Positions 1 to 8,061 of a stretch of 62,788 bases of DNA are shown one piece after another (within the stretch, counting starts at the first letter, position 1; each line of letters starts with the position of its first letter). The DNA comes from Spirochaetota bacterium (GTDB lineage: Bacteria > Spirochaetota > B62-G9 > DRHN01). The position numbers and the translations under genes were made by a program. The notes under the pieces are model-generated. The model did no database searches. It had not been told where the DNA came from and was given only the letters and a program-made list of their open reading frames with translations. The stretch spans positions 1 through 62,788 of the forward strand of contig DRHN01000405.1 of NCBI GenBank assembly GCA_011049595.1. The letters run 5' to 3'.

Positions 1-956
1 ACCCAGCGGTAAAGGCATGCATAATAATCCACACAATTTCTGCAATCAGGTGATTTGGTTTCAAACTCTTCAGGTGCGCACATTTTATTGCCGCTTTTGT
101 CATAAGCCTTTCTTAAAAATGCCAGCAGTGATTGCTCCGACGGATCGAGTGACCCCCCCCGCTCCAGCTTGCCTTTTACTTCAATCGCTTTCTGTGTGAT
201 CCTTTCCTGTTTTCCGGACAACACGACTATCTTCTTTTTGTGTGCTGCTTCTTTTACTCTTCTGCGGATTTTAGATTTCCCTCCACCCTGTTTACCCCTT
301 ATTCTGGCCAGATAATACATATACCCGAAAAAAAGACCCGTCAGATGTGTGAAATACGCTACCCCGGTTCTTGCACCGGTCACCAGCATAATAAGATTTA
401 TTCCTCCGAAAATAATCGTAGCGTATTTCGCCTTCACCGGAACGATGAAAAATAAAAGCAAAACCGCCTCCGGGAACACCAGGCCGAACGCGAGTATAAT
501 ACCGAATATTGCCCCTGACGCACCTATCGTGGGTATAAACGGGTTGCTCATCATGTTCCACACAAAGGTCACTATCCCGGCGCAGGTACCGGTTACTAAA
601 TAAAAGCTCAAAAACTCCTTCCATCCCCACCTTTCCTCGAGAGGCCTCCCAAAAAGAAGAAGAGCATACATGTTGAAAAAAAGGTGCATCAACCCCCCGT
701 GTAAAAACATATAAGTGAAGAACTGCCACACCCAGCCATTGGACCTGATCATCGCCGGGAAAAGAGAGAACAGCGTTGTGAACAAACCGTAACGGTTTAT
801 AGCTGCAGCCGTACCGGCTTTACCCTTCAGGACAAGATTGTTTAAAAATCTTTCAGGTACTGGAAAATACCTGAATTGCATGATAAAGAATATTATTACA
901 TTTATTATAATAATAGTAATTACAATACTCTTAATGTCAAAGCGCGCTCTTTTCAA
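1..956 (-). CDS. Rhomboid-family intramembrane serine protease; C-terminal end runs off the left edge of the window
   Basis: Absent from the ORF track because it has no stop inside the window. My own minus-strand translation gives ...NGWVWQFFTYMFLHGGLMHLFFNMYALLLFG...TIGASGAIFGIILAFG...VAYFTHLTGLFFG..., which carries the rhomboid HxxxN, GxSG and TM6 His motifs. A Lys-rich linker and a Cys-containing tail follow. The likely start is TTG at 954-956 behind AGGAAAG; the first ATG is at 879-881. Track ORFs 292..729(-) and 349..603(+) are other frames of this gene. Confidence 0.8.
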   Translation of the reverse strand, partial: MKRARFDIKSIVITIIIINVIIFFIMQFRYFPVPERFLNNLVLKGKAGTAAAINRYGLFTTLFSLFPAMIRSNGWVWQFFTYMFLHGGLMHLFFNMYALLLFGRPLEERWGWKEFLSFYLVTGTCAGIVTFVWNMMSNPFIPTIGASGAIFGIILAFGLVFPEAVLLLFFIVPVKAKYATIIFGGINLIMLVTGARTGVAYFTHLTGLFFGYMYYLARIRGKQGGGKSKIRRRVKEAAHKKKIVVLSGKQERITQKAIEVKGKLERGGSLDPSEQSLLAFLRKAYDKSGNKMCAPEEFETKSPDCRNCVDYYACLYRW

Positions 957-966
957 TTTTCTTTCC

Positions 967-986
967 TGTGGATAAATTGTTGATAA
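967..986 (-). promoter_or_regulatory. Perfect DnaA box (TTATCCACA on the minus strand) with an adjacent 8/9 box
   Basis: Plus strand reads tgtggataa (967-975), then 2 nt, then tgttgataa (978-986). The site lies immediately upstream of the proposed rhomboid start. Confidence 0.45.
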
Positions 987-1226
987 TTTTGCAATTTCCA
1001 GCAAGCAGTAATAAAAACAGAAATCCTTTTATAATATGACTTTAAAAAACAGGTTTACACAGCCCTGGCCATACACTTTCCGCTATTTCTACTAAATAGT
1101 AACCATATATACTCAACAATGTCAATAATTAATCGTAATATATTTTATCTTTATTAGAGAGAAGCAATTACATAATTACTTAAAAAATCCTATGTTATAA
1201 TAAATATCAGTTTTAATACTTGACAT

Positions 1227-1235
1227 TGTGGATAA
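1227..1235 (-). promoter_or_regulatory. Second perfect DnaA box (TTATCCACA on the minus strand)
   Basis: Plus strand reads tgtggataa at 1227-1235, in the same orientation as the box at 967. The flanks are also similar: tgtggataaCTTGTTtATtA versus tgtggataaATTGTTgATaA. Confidence 0.45.
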
Positions 1236-1243
1236 CTTGTTTA

Positions 1244-1702
1244 TTAAATGGGGATAGAGCTGTAGCCCTTGATCCTCTGAAGTTTAATCAAGCTGAGAAG
1301 TTCTTTAGATTGAGCATCAGGATAATCTTCGAAAAATACAACTCTGATTATACCGGCATTTAAAATACTTTTTGCGCACCAGGAACATGGAAGATGAGTC
1401 GAGTATACAGTGCTTCCTTCAATTGAAATACCGTACCGGGCGGAAAAATTTATTGCGTTTTGTTCTGCGTGTGCCCCTCGGCAGAGTTCCGATCGCTCAC
1501 CGGAAGGCACTCCCTCTCTGGCGCACCCGATATCAAGACAGTGACTCATCCCCTGAGGAGCGCCATTGTACCCGGTTGATACAATCTGCTTCCCCCGAAC
1601 GATGACCGATCCCACATTCCTCCTCAAACATGTAGACCTGCTGGAAACCACCCTGGCAATGTTCATAAAATAATTATCAACATCCGGTCTCTCTTTTGCC
1701 AT
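1244..1702 (-). CDS. dCMP deaminase / ComEB-type cytidine-deoxycytidylate deaminase
   Basis: 152 aa. Zinc-binding deaminase motifs HAEQNAI and PCSWCAKSI are present. Its ATG overlaps the stop of the upstream L3 gene (ATGA at nt 1702). Confidence 0.9.
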   Translation of the reverse strand: MAKERPDVDNYFMNIARVVSSRSTCLRRNVGSVIVRGKQIVSTGYNGAPQGMSHCLDIGCAREGVPSGERSELCRGAHAEQNAINFSARYGISIEGSTVYSTHLPCSWCAKSILNAGIIRVVFFEDYPDAQSKELLSLIKLQRIKGYSSIPI

Positions 1703-2364
1703 CAGCCCGAATCAGCCCTCCGTGATTGTTTTTTTACCGCCTGTGAGACAGTTACATATCCTCTGTTCGGCCCGGGGACAGCCCCCTGGACAAGCAGAAT
1801 ATTTTTTTCCGGCTTAATATCCGAGATGGTCAAGCTCTGGACATTTACTCTTTTACCGCCGTACCTGCCGGGCATCTTTTTTCCCTTGAACACCTTGCCG
1901 GGATACGCTGAAGATCCTATGGACCCTCCATGCCTGAAATACTCGTGGGTTCCGTGGCTCCGGTTAGCGCCTGCCATACCATACCTCTTCATGACACCGG
2001 TGAACCCTCTTCCTTTCGAATTACCCGCAACATCGACAAAATCATTCTTTTTAAATATATCCACCCCGATTTCCTGCCCTATTTCAAATTTATCAAGTTC
2101 ATCTTTTGAAACTCGTGATTCTAACAGGATTTTTTTTGGAGCCACCTTTGCCTTCGTAAAAACTCCCAGCTCACTTTTTCTGATTTTTTTTTCTTCAACA
2201 TCCCGATAGCCTAAAACTAAAGCTGTGTATCCGTCTTTTTCTTCGGTTTTTTTATTAACAACACAGCAGGGTCCCACCTGCAGCACAGTAACAGGAACGA
2301 CTCTCCCGTTTTCGTCAAATATCTGGGACATTCCGACTTTATTTCCGATCATATTAATAATCAT
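1702..2364 (-). CDS. rplC: 50S ribosomal protein uL3
   Basis: 220 aa. Typical uL3 pattern: MIGNKVGMSQIFDENGRVVPVTVLQ ... GRGFTGVMKRYGMAG ... FKGKKMPGRYGGKRVNVQSL ... LLVQGAVPG. No rpsJ or rplD lies next to it. Confidence 0.9.
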   Translation of the reverse strand: MIINMIGNKVGMSQIFDENGRVVPVTVLQVGPCCVVNKKTEEKDGYTALVLGYRDVEEKKIRKSELGVFTKAKVAPKKILLESRVSKDELDKFEIGQEIGVDIFKKNDFVDVAGNSKGRGFTGVMKRYGMAGANRSHGTHEYFRHGGSIGSSAYPGKVFKGKKMPGRYGGKRVNVQSLTISDIKPEKNILLVQGAVPGPNRGYVTVSQAVKKQSRRADSG

Positions 2365-2504
2365 AATAATCCTCTGCTTTATACTATTGAAAGGCTGTAA
2401 AACTATTAAAAATAAGCTCCCAAAACATAATAATTTTTAAGAGATTTTGCAAGAAATTAAATCATGTACATGAATATGAAAACCGGGGGGAACTGAATTA
2501 GTTC

Positions 2505-5500
2505 TTATTGAATTACAAACTTGTAATTATCGCTTATACGCTCGTTTATTGCCATATCACCATGAATAACCCTGGGATGGATAATGTAATTAATATTGTA
2601 CTGGATCGACCCCCAGTCAATACCGATGATATCGGCAAACTCTCCAGCTTTATACAGATTGATCAGGCTGTTTTTCTGATGCTCCGTGTTATTTGTATCC
2701 TCGTACATACTCTGATATGCTACACCCAGATTGCTGTATACTGAAACCGCACCGAGAAGAATTTTTTTATGATAGGCCCGCCAGGGTTTAATTTCACCGA
2801 GGTCCTCGATCAAATCACTGTAGAACTCTGAAAGCATTAACAGCTCGCCTATAGCTGGATTGTATTTGCCAAGATGCAGGAAAGCGCTTCCCATAGCGAA
2901 CTTTACGTTGGGGTTATTCGGCATCAATTCGGAAAGAATCATCCATTGATTCAGAGCACCATAATATGATTTCTCATAGTAGTACAAGAATCCCAGGTTA
3001 TAGCGGAGATCATTATCTTCATAACCCTTAGATTGGGCCGTTTCGTAATACTTTTTTGCAAGACCGAAATTTTTTTCTTCGTAAAAATAAGCCTGTGCAA
3101 GATTAAAATACGCGACCTCGTTGTTATCATTCTCTTCAATCGCCTGTTTGAAATAGTTGATCGATTCGGCAGCCTTACCCGGAAGTTCCATGCGGGCATA
3201 TAGTTCACCGAGGTTGTTATACGCGTTTGACAATAACACCCTGTTTCTTGTATCCCAGGGATATACCAGCTCCCGATCTCGTTCATATTGTATAGATTTT
3301 ATTAAAAAGTTTTCTTCCTCATCTTTGTTATCCAGCTTTTTAAAATACTTTGAAAAAGCAAAATGTGCCTGCGGATAATCGTACGATTTGTTTAGCACAC
3401 CGCTGAGTATGTTCCATACGAGCCCGGTCCGGTCATTTGAAATATAGTGTTCCGCCAGTTTTGTATAAACTTCTTTATCGATATGCCCGGAATATTTATT
3501 TTTCAGCAGATCATACAGAAGATCGATGTTTGTTGAATCTTTCTGAAGAATATTGACATAGAGCATCTGCGTCAACGCGTCACTGTTTTTTCGGTCCTTT
3601 GAATATATATCTTTAAAGAGTGAATAAGCAGTCTCAAACTGAGATGAGTCCTCTTTTCCCCAGTCAATCAGATTTCGCCCTTTCGCCCTGATGATTTCGT
3701 ATTTGCCGGTATTTTTACCCAGTATTTCATCATAAAGTTGGTCCGCTTCCCCGTATCTGCTGAGCACATTGTACAACATTGCAAGATGCATGCGGATATT
3801 CAGGTTTCGTGAAGTTTCATCTACATCTATCCCTTCTGTAAATTTTACGATTGCGGCATCGTAATTACCGGACAGCATATATTCATATCCAAAGTTATCA
3901 TATTCTTTTATTTTAGAATATATTCTGGTCGCTTTTTTAAAATTTACTTCAGCCTCCGGATAATTCGCCTGCTTAATATATTCCAAACCTTCTTTGTAAT
4001 ATTTAGCTGATCTCAATGGCCTGTATAAAAAAAGCCCAAAAAGTAAGCCGATTACCCCGACTATTGCAACAGAAAGACCTGTAATTCGTACCAGAGGGCC
4101 GAGACTTGCCATGAGGTCGGCAAGGCGTCCAGGTTTTCTGGCAGGCATTACCTCCGGAACCCTCCTGGTTACTATCTTTTCACCTGTCGTCCGCTCGATA
4201 AATCGTAAAATATCTTCTTCAGGAACATCCAGTATGAGGAGCTCCAACAATTCCTTCAAAGACTCAACCGGCAGGTCAACTTTTACAATTAAATCCCGAA
4301 TCCGGGAACCTGCAGCTGGATCGATCTGCTTCAGTTTTGTCGTTATTAAGATTATATCTTCTTCACTGAGCTCAATGTCTATCTCTCCGGCAGGAACCGC
4401 TTCTGCCAGGTCTTCAATATCCTCCCCGACTTGGGCGATCTCTTCACCTTCTTCGACCAGCTCTTCAACGGACTCTGCTTCCTCTACCAGGCCGGCAGCT
4501 TCACCCGCAGTCTCCTCAAATTCAGGAAGCTCAAACTCATCTTTATCCTGGATCGTTCCAGCAGGTGTTTCCTCCTCAAGGACTTCCGGAATAACCGAAT
4601 CCGGAGCTTCAGATACCTCTGCAATGGAAGGCGCAGGAGTCTCCTCAATACTGCCAATTTCATCGAGATCAGGCATGTCAAAATCATCAAAAGAGGGCTC
4701 TTCAGTCTCTCCACCGCCCGGCTCGGCAGGGGGTATTTCCATTGGTTCTTCTTCGACCAGGATTTCCTCTGAAACTGTCTCCTCAGGGGGGAGCTCTGCC
4801 GCTCCTATGTCTTTTCCTTCCTCCGCAAACTCCTCTGGAGGCTTTTCTTCTTTGAATAATCCTTCAGGGGGGCCTTCTTCTATATCAAGCCCGCCCATAT
4901 CAAAATCAGCAGGGAGATCAAAACCCTCATCACCCGCCATTGCTTCAAGGGGCTCAGCCGGGGGTTCCTCAGCGGTCACTTCCCCTTCAAGGCCGGCAGG
5001 CGCTTCTTCTTCAGGTCCAACTGCCGCTGCTTCCTCAAACAGCCCCTCTAAAGCCTCCTCCCCAAGCCCTTCCTCTACCGGGGCCTCTCCAGCACCGGCC
5101 CCCGCAGGCTCTCCTGTCAGCTCTTCTTCAAACTCAACAGGTGCCTCTTCTTCTGCGGCCGCAGGAAGAGGGGCGGCTTCTCTTTCGGCCTCTTTCTTTT
5201 TTCGGAACTGCTCTTCAAGCTCCTTTTCTTCGGTCAGCCCTATTTCGATATCATTTAAAAGGTCTGTCAGATCACCTTCAACTACGCCGGCCTCTTCTAC
5301 AGCTTCAAGTGAAGCCTCTTCTACAGCTTCAACGGGGGCTTCTTCTACAGCTTCAAGTGAAGCTTCTTCTACAGCTTCAAGTGAAGCTTCTTCTACAGCT
5401 TCACCGGGGGCTTCTTCTACAGCTTCAAGTGAAGCTTCTTCTACAGCTTCAACGGGGGCTTCTTCTTTGACAACCCTGGAAGACAACTCGGCCGTTTTTT

Positions 5501-5609
5501 GCTGATAACTGTCGATTTCCTTTTGTGACAGCATACCCAATGCCAGCTCTCTTTCACCCACGTCTTCCAGCATCTCGATCAGGCTATCAATATTTTCATT
5601 ATCCGGCAC
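2505..5609 (-). CDS. Large membrane-anchored protein with an acidic low-complexity N-terminal half, one TM helix and a C-terminal TPR-like repeat region
   Basis: 1034-aa uninterrupted ORF. The first ~430 aa are Glu/Ala/Pro-rich with 8-aa repeats. A TM segment (ITGLSVAIVGVIGLLFGLFLY) follows. The C-terminal half has many Tyr/Ala/Asn-rich 34-aa-like repeats (for example AYFNLAQAYFYEEKNFGLAKKYYETA). Function unknown. Confidence 0.75.
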   Translation of the reverse strand: MPDNENIDSLIEMLEDVGERELALGMLSQKEIDSYQQKTAELSSRVVKEEAPVEAVEEASLEAVEEAPGEAVEEASLEAVEEASLEAVEEAPVEAVEEASLEAVEEAGVVEGDLTDLLNDIEIGLTEEKELEEQFRKKKEAEREAAPLPAAAEEEAPVEFEEELTGEPAGAGAGEAPVEEGLGEEALEGLFEEAAAVGPEEEAPAGLEGEVTAEEPPAEPLEAMAGDEGFDLPADFDMGGLDIEEGPPEGLFKEEKPPEEFAEEGKDIGAAELPPEETVSEEILVEEEPMEIPPAEPGGGETEEPSFDDFDMPDLDEIGSIEETPAPSIAEVSEAPDSVIPEVLEEETPAGTIQDKDEFELPEFEETAGEAAGLVEEAESVEELVEEGEEIAQVGEDIEDLAEAVPAGEIDIELSEEDIILITTKLKQIDPAAGSRIRDLIVKVDLPVESLKELLELLILDVPEEDILRFIERTTGEKIVTRRVPEVMPARKPGRLADLMASLGPLVRITGLSVAIVGVIGLLFGLFLYRPLRSAKYYKEGLEYIKQANYPEAEVNFKKATRIYSKIKEYDNFGYEYMLSGNYDAAIVKFTEGIDVDETSRNLNIRMHLAMLYNVLSRYGEADQLYDEILGKNTGKYEIIRAKGRNLIDWGKEDSSQFETAYSLFKDIYSKDRKNSDALTQMLYVNILQKDSTNIDLLYDLLKNKYSGHIDKEVYTKLAEHYISNDRTGLVWNILSGVLNKSYDYPQAHFAFSKYFKKLDNKDEEENFLIKSIQYERDRELVYPWDTRNRVLLSNAYNNLGELYARMELPGKAAESINYFKQAIEENDNNEVAYFNLAQAYFYEEKNFGLAKKYYETAQSKGYEDNDLRYNLGFLYYYEKSYYGALNQWMILSELMPNNPNVKFAMGSAFLHLGKYNPAIGELLMLSEFYSDLIEDLGEIKPWRAYHKKILLGAVSVYSNLGVAYQSMYEDTNNTEHQKNSLINLYKAGEFADIIGIDWGSIQYNINYIIHPRVIHGDMAINERISDNYKFVIQ
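5286..5465 (-). repeat. In-frame 24-nt tandem repeat (about 7.5 units) encoding EAVEEA(S/P)(L/V/G)
   Basis: Plus strand reads cttcttctacagcttcaagtgaag / cttcttctacagcttcaacggggg, iterated. The protein reads EAVEEASLEAVEEAPGEAVEEASLEAVEEASLEAVEEAPVEAVEEASLEAVEEAG. Confidence 0.95.
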
Positions 5610-5690
5610 AGGCCATCTCCAAAAAAACTAAATCAACTGATAATAGTCAGTTACCTTTTCTGATCCCAGGTTTAATTTCTATGATCATTA

Positions 5691-5816
5691 GCGACTAATT
5701 AGTTCTATTTAACTGTTTATATTTTCATAATTAGTAATATTGAGCCGTTTCACCGCGACTAATCTTAAGAATACTTAGTTAAACTTAAAATACTAATTAG
5801 CCAGGTAAAAAAAAAA
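5691..5816 (+). repeat. AT-rich intergenic repeat element, copy A
   Basis: Nt 5691-5738 match 57010-57057 at 47/48 positions. Nt 5739-5763 (attgagccgtttcaccgcgactaat) are identical to 56994-57018. Nt 5770-5799 match 57064-57093 at 28/30. The tail attagccaggtaaaaa matches the reverse complement of 11873-11888. Confidence 0.9.
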
Positions 5817-5915
5817 TCTCTAATATCATTATAGTAGTTTTTTTAAAATAGTTTAGCAACTATTGATTTTTACTGCACCTAAAGTGCTCAAGCCGCTTTC
5901 ATGACAATAAGGATT

Positions 5916-6068
5916 TTCCCGCTGCATATTGAGAAAATCGGCGCCAGGATTTCCCTCGCAACCTGCAGAAACACTGACGCTGTTCCCGGTGTTTGTCCTG
6001 TTGTCGGGCATCATTTCCTATCCGATTCCCCTGAACAACGACGAATGGGCCCGCATGGTATTCTTCCC
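5916..6068. other. Array of five TTCCC motifs (GGGAA on the minus strand) in a GC-richer island of the spacer
   Basis: TTCCC occurs at 5916, 5951, 5983, 6026 and 6064, giving spacings of 35, 32, 43 and 38 nt. No convincing ORF covers the region. Function unknown. Confidence 0.3.
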
Positions 6069-6087
6069 GGACAACCTTTTCAAATAA

Positions 6088-6116
6088 TTGACATATCAAA
6101 AGCCTTGAATTATCTT
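6088..6116 (+). promoter_or_regulatory. Sigma-70-like promoter candidate for the aminotransferase-cbiZ operon
   Basis: TTGACA (6088-6093), a 17-nt spacer, then TATCTT (6111-6116), about 40 nt upstream of the ATG at 6158. Confidence 0.4.
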
Positions 6117-6157
6117 ACCATATCATCACAAGCATCAACTCATACCGGAGAACGAGA

Positions 6158-7333
6158 ATGGAAATAAAAGTCGCGGACAGGGTCAACGCTATAGGAAGTT
6201 ACGCGTTTGCGGATGTTGAGAATATTGTAACGCAATTGAATAAGGAGGGTGTCGAACCTATCGATTTCGGGGTGGGCGATCCTGCTCTTCCGACACCGGA
6301 AGTAATCAGAAACGCGTGCAAGGAAAGTATCGAAAAAAGGAAATCCTCCGGCTATCCGAGCTATACCGGCGAAATTGAATTTCGGGAAACTGCCGCTTGG
6401 TGGAGCAAAAACAGGTTCGGGATCGACCTGGACCCCGAAATAGAAATCATGTCGACCATAGGCTCAAAAGAGGCTATTTTTAATTTCCCTGAAACTTTTA
6501 TAAACCCTGGGGAGTACACGCTTGCTTTAAATCCCGGGTACCCGGCCTGGTCGCGGGGCGCTCATTTTGCAGAAGGGAAGGTCTGTTTTTTGAACCTTCT
6601 GCCGGAAAATAATTTTCTCCCAGATCTTAAATCCGTTCCGGCGGAAGTGCTGCGCAGCGCGAAACTGCTGTGGGTCAATTATCCGAACAACCCCACAACC
6701 GCTTTTCCTACCAGGGATTTTTATGAAGAGGTGCTTGATTTCGGCGAAAAACACAACATCATTATCCTATCGGATGAATCATACACGGAAAACTATTACG
6801 ACGAGCCCCCCATTTCCATACTTCAATTAAAAAAGGAGGGAGTGGTGGCTTTTCAGTCCCTGTCGAAAAGGAGCAATATGACTTGCTACAGGATAGGGTG
6901 GATAGCCGGTGACAGGCGCATAATAGCAGCTTATAAAAAAGTGAAAACTAACATCGATTCAGGTACTGTCACTTTTATCCAGGACGCAGCAATTGCGGCA
7001 TTAAAGGATGATAAACATGTCAGAGAACTGCGTGAAGATTACAGAAAAAAAAGGGACATCATGATAAACGCCTTTTCAAAAATCGGTCTTCCAAACTGTG
7101 AACCGAAAGGAACAATCTACCTGTGGCAGAGGGTCCCAGAAAGGTACACATCACTTGATTTTGCTAAAAAACTTCTCGAGAAAGAAATTGCTGTAGTCAC
7201 AACCCCCGGCAGCTGGCTTTCCCATGAGGCGCACGGTGTCAACCCCGGTGAAGGATTTATCCGGCTTGCTCTTGTACCGCCTATTGAAAAAGTGATGGAA
7301 GCAGCAGATAAAATCAAAAGACTTAATATATAG
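6158..7333 (+). CDS. PLP-dependent class I aminotransferase (LL-diaminopimelate/aspartate aminotransferase-like)
   Basis: 391 aa. Motifs: GVGDPALPTP, NYPNNPT, and the PLP-lysine motif SLSKRSNMTCYRIGW. Its stop abuts the cbiZ ATG with a 0-nt gap. Confidence 0.8.
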   Translation: MEIKVADRVNAIGSYAFADVENIVTQLNKEGVEPIDFGVGDPALPTPEVIRNACKESIEKRKSSGYPSYTGEIEFRETAAWWSKNRFGIDLDPEIEIMSTIGSKEAIFNFPETFINPGEYTLALNPGYPAWSRGAHFAEGKVCFLNLLPENNFLPDLKSVPAEVLRSAKLLWVNYPNNPTTAFPTRDFYEEVLDFGEKHNIIILSDESYTENYYDEPPISILQLKKEGVVAFQSLSKRSNMTCYRIGWIAGDRRIIAAYKKVKTNIDSGTVTFIQDAAIAALKDDKHVRELREDYRKKRDIMINAFSKIGLPNCEPKGTIYLWQRVPERYTSLDFAKKLLEKEIAVVTTPGSWLSHEAHGVNPGEGFIRLALVPPIEKVMEAADKIKRLNI

Positions 7334-8029
7334 ATGAACATCGAGCACACCGAAAAGTACATATCCGTTTTTTTTTCTTCTCCAAGAAGGGTAGTCAGTT
7401 CAGCTGTATTCGGCGGGGGGTCTTTAAAGGCTGACGCAATCATTAACCTGCGCACAACCTCCGGGGAAGCCCACAGGCACAAACCTGATACACTTATTAA
7501 CAATTTTCTAAAAAGCAAAAGGTTGAACACCCGGGCCGTCGGTCTTCTTACCGCCGCCCCCCTTGAATACGCTCAGTTTGTATACACGGAGGAGCAGGGA
7601 ATTAAAGTGCTTTCGATTGTTACCGCGGGGGTTTCAAACGCCCTTAACATTGCCCAGAGGTCTTTTACCGATTTTACCGGCGAATGTGGTTTTGAAAATG
7701 GCACGATAAATATTATCACCGTCACGAACGCCTATCTTCTAAACGACTGTATGGTATCATCGGTCATAACAAATACAGAGGCTAAATCGGCCGCCCTCTT
7801 TGATCTGAAGGTAAAAAGCGTAATTACAGGGAAACAGGCAACTGGGACCGGCACCGACTCCGTGGTAATAGTGTCAGGCGACCGGATGAACATAAAGTAT
7901 GCCGGGGGACACACACTTTTCGGACAGCTTATGGCCGGGGCTGTTTACACCGGGGTCAAAAATGCCCTTAACAAGCAGATCGACAAAAACATTGATCTCG
8001 ACAGGATCTGCTGCAATTTCGATTTTTAA
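7334..8029 (+). CDS. cbiZ: Adenosylcobinamide amidohydrolase CbiZ-like protein
   Basis: 231 aa. The pattern ...RVVSSAVFGGGSLKADAIINLRT ... VTAGVSNA ... TINIITVTN ... NTEAKSAAL ... ATGTGTDSVVI matches my memory of the CbiZ family. No search was run. Confidence 0.6.
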   Translation: MNIEHTEKYISVFFSSPRRVVSSAVFGGGSLKADAIINLRTTSGEAHRHKPDTLINNFLKSKRLNTRAVGLLTAAPLEYAQFVYTEEQGIKVLSIVTAGVSNALNIAQRSFTDFTGECGFENGTINIITVTNAYLLNDCMVSSVITNTEAKSAALFDLKVKSVITGKQATGTGTDSVVIVSGDRMNIKYAGGHTLFGQLMAGAVYTGVKNALNKQIDKNIDLDRICCNFDF

Positions 8030-8061
8030 CATATACTTCCCCCGTAGCACAGGAGAATACA

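Noticed and set aside
958-1243. Chromosomal replication origin (oriC)
   Set aside because: DnaA boxes are present, but the flanking genes are all on the minus strand with no divergence of gene orientation. No dnaA/dnaN is nearby, and I count only 2-3 good boxes. It is kept as a DnaA-box cluster finding, not as an oriC call.
5286-5465. CRISPR-like regular repeats
   Set aside because: The 24-nt units are directly adjacent with no spacers. They are in frame inside a long ORF and encode an 8-aa peptide repeat.
4111-5505. Long plus-strand ORFs (464 aa Ser-rich, and 176 aa Leu/Gln/Pro-rich at 4940..5470) antisense to the big acidic protein gene
   Set aside because: They are the mirror image of a GAA/GAG/GCT-rich coding strand. 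Low-complexity Ser/Leu runs with no start context are the expected artefact of reading polyacidic repeats in reverse.
5881-6090. Cobalamin riboswitch upstream of the aminotransferase-cbiZ operon, tested on both strands
   Set aside because: Fragments resemble parts of the consensus (AGGGAA, GCCAGGA, CCCGC..ATTGT). However, the GGUG-AA-UCC segment and a proper B12 box (GCCACUG / AGYCMGGAGACCKGCC) are not present in the right order or spacing. Track ORFs 5899..6099(-) and 5901..6167(+) are also not protein-like.
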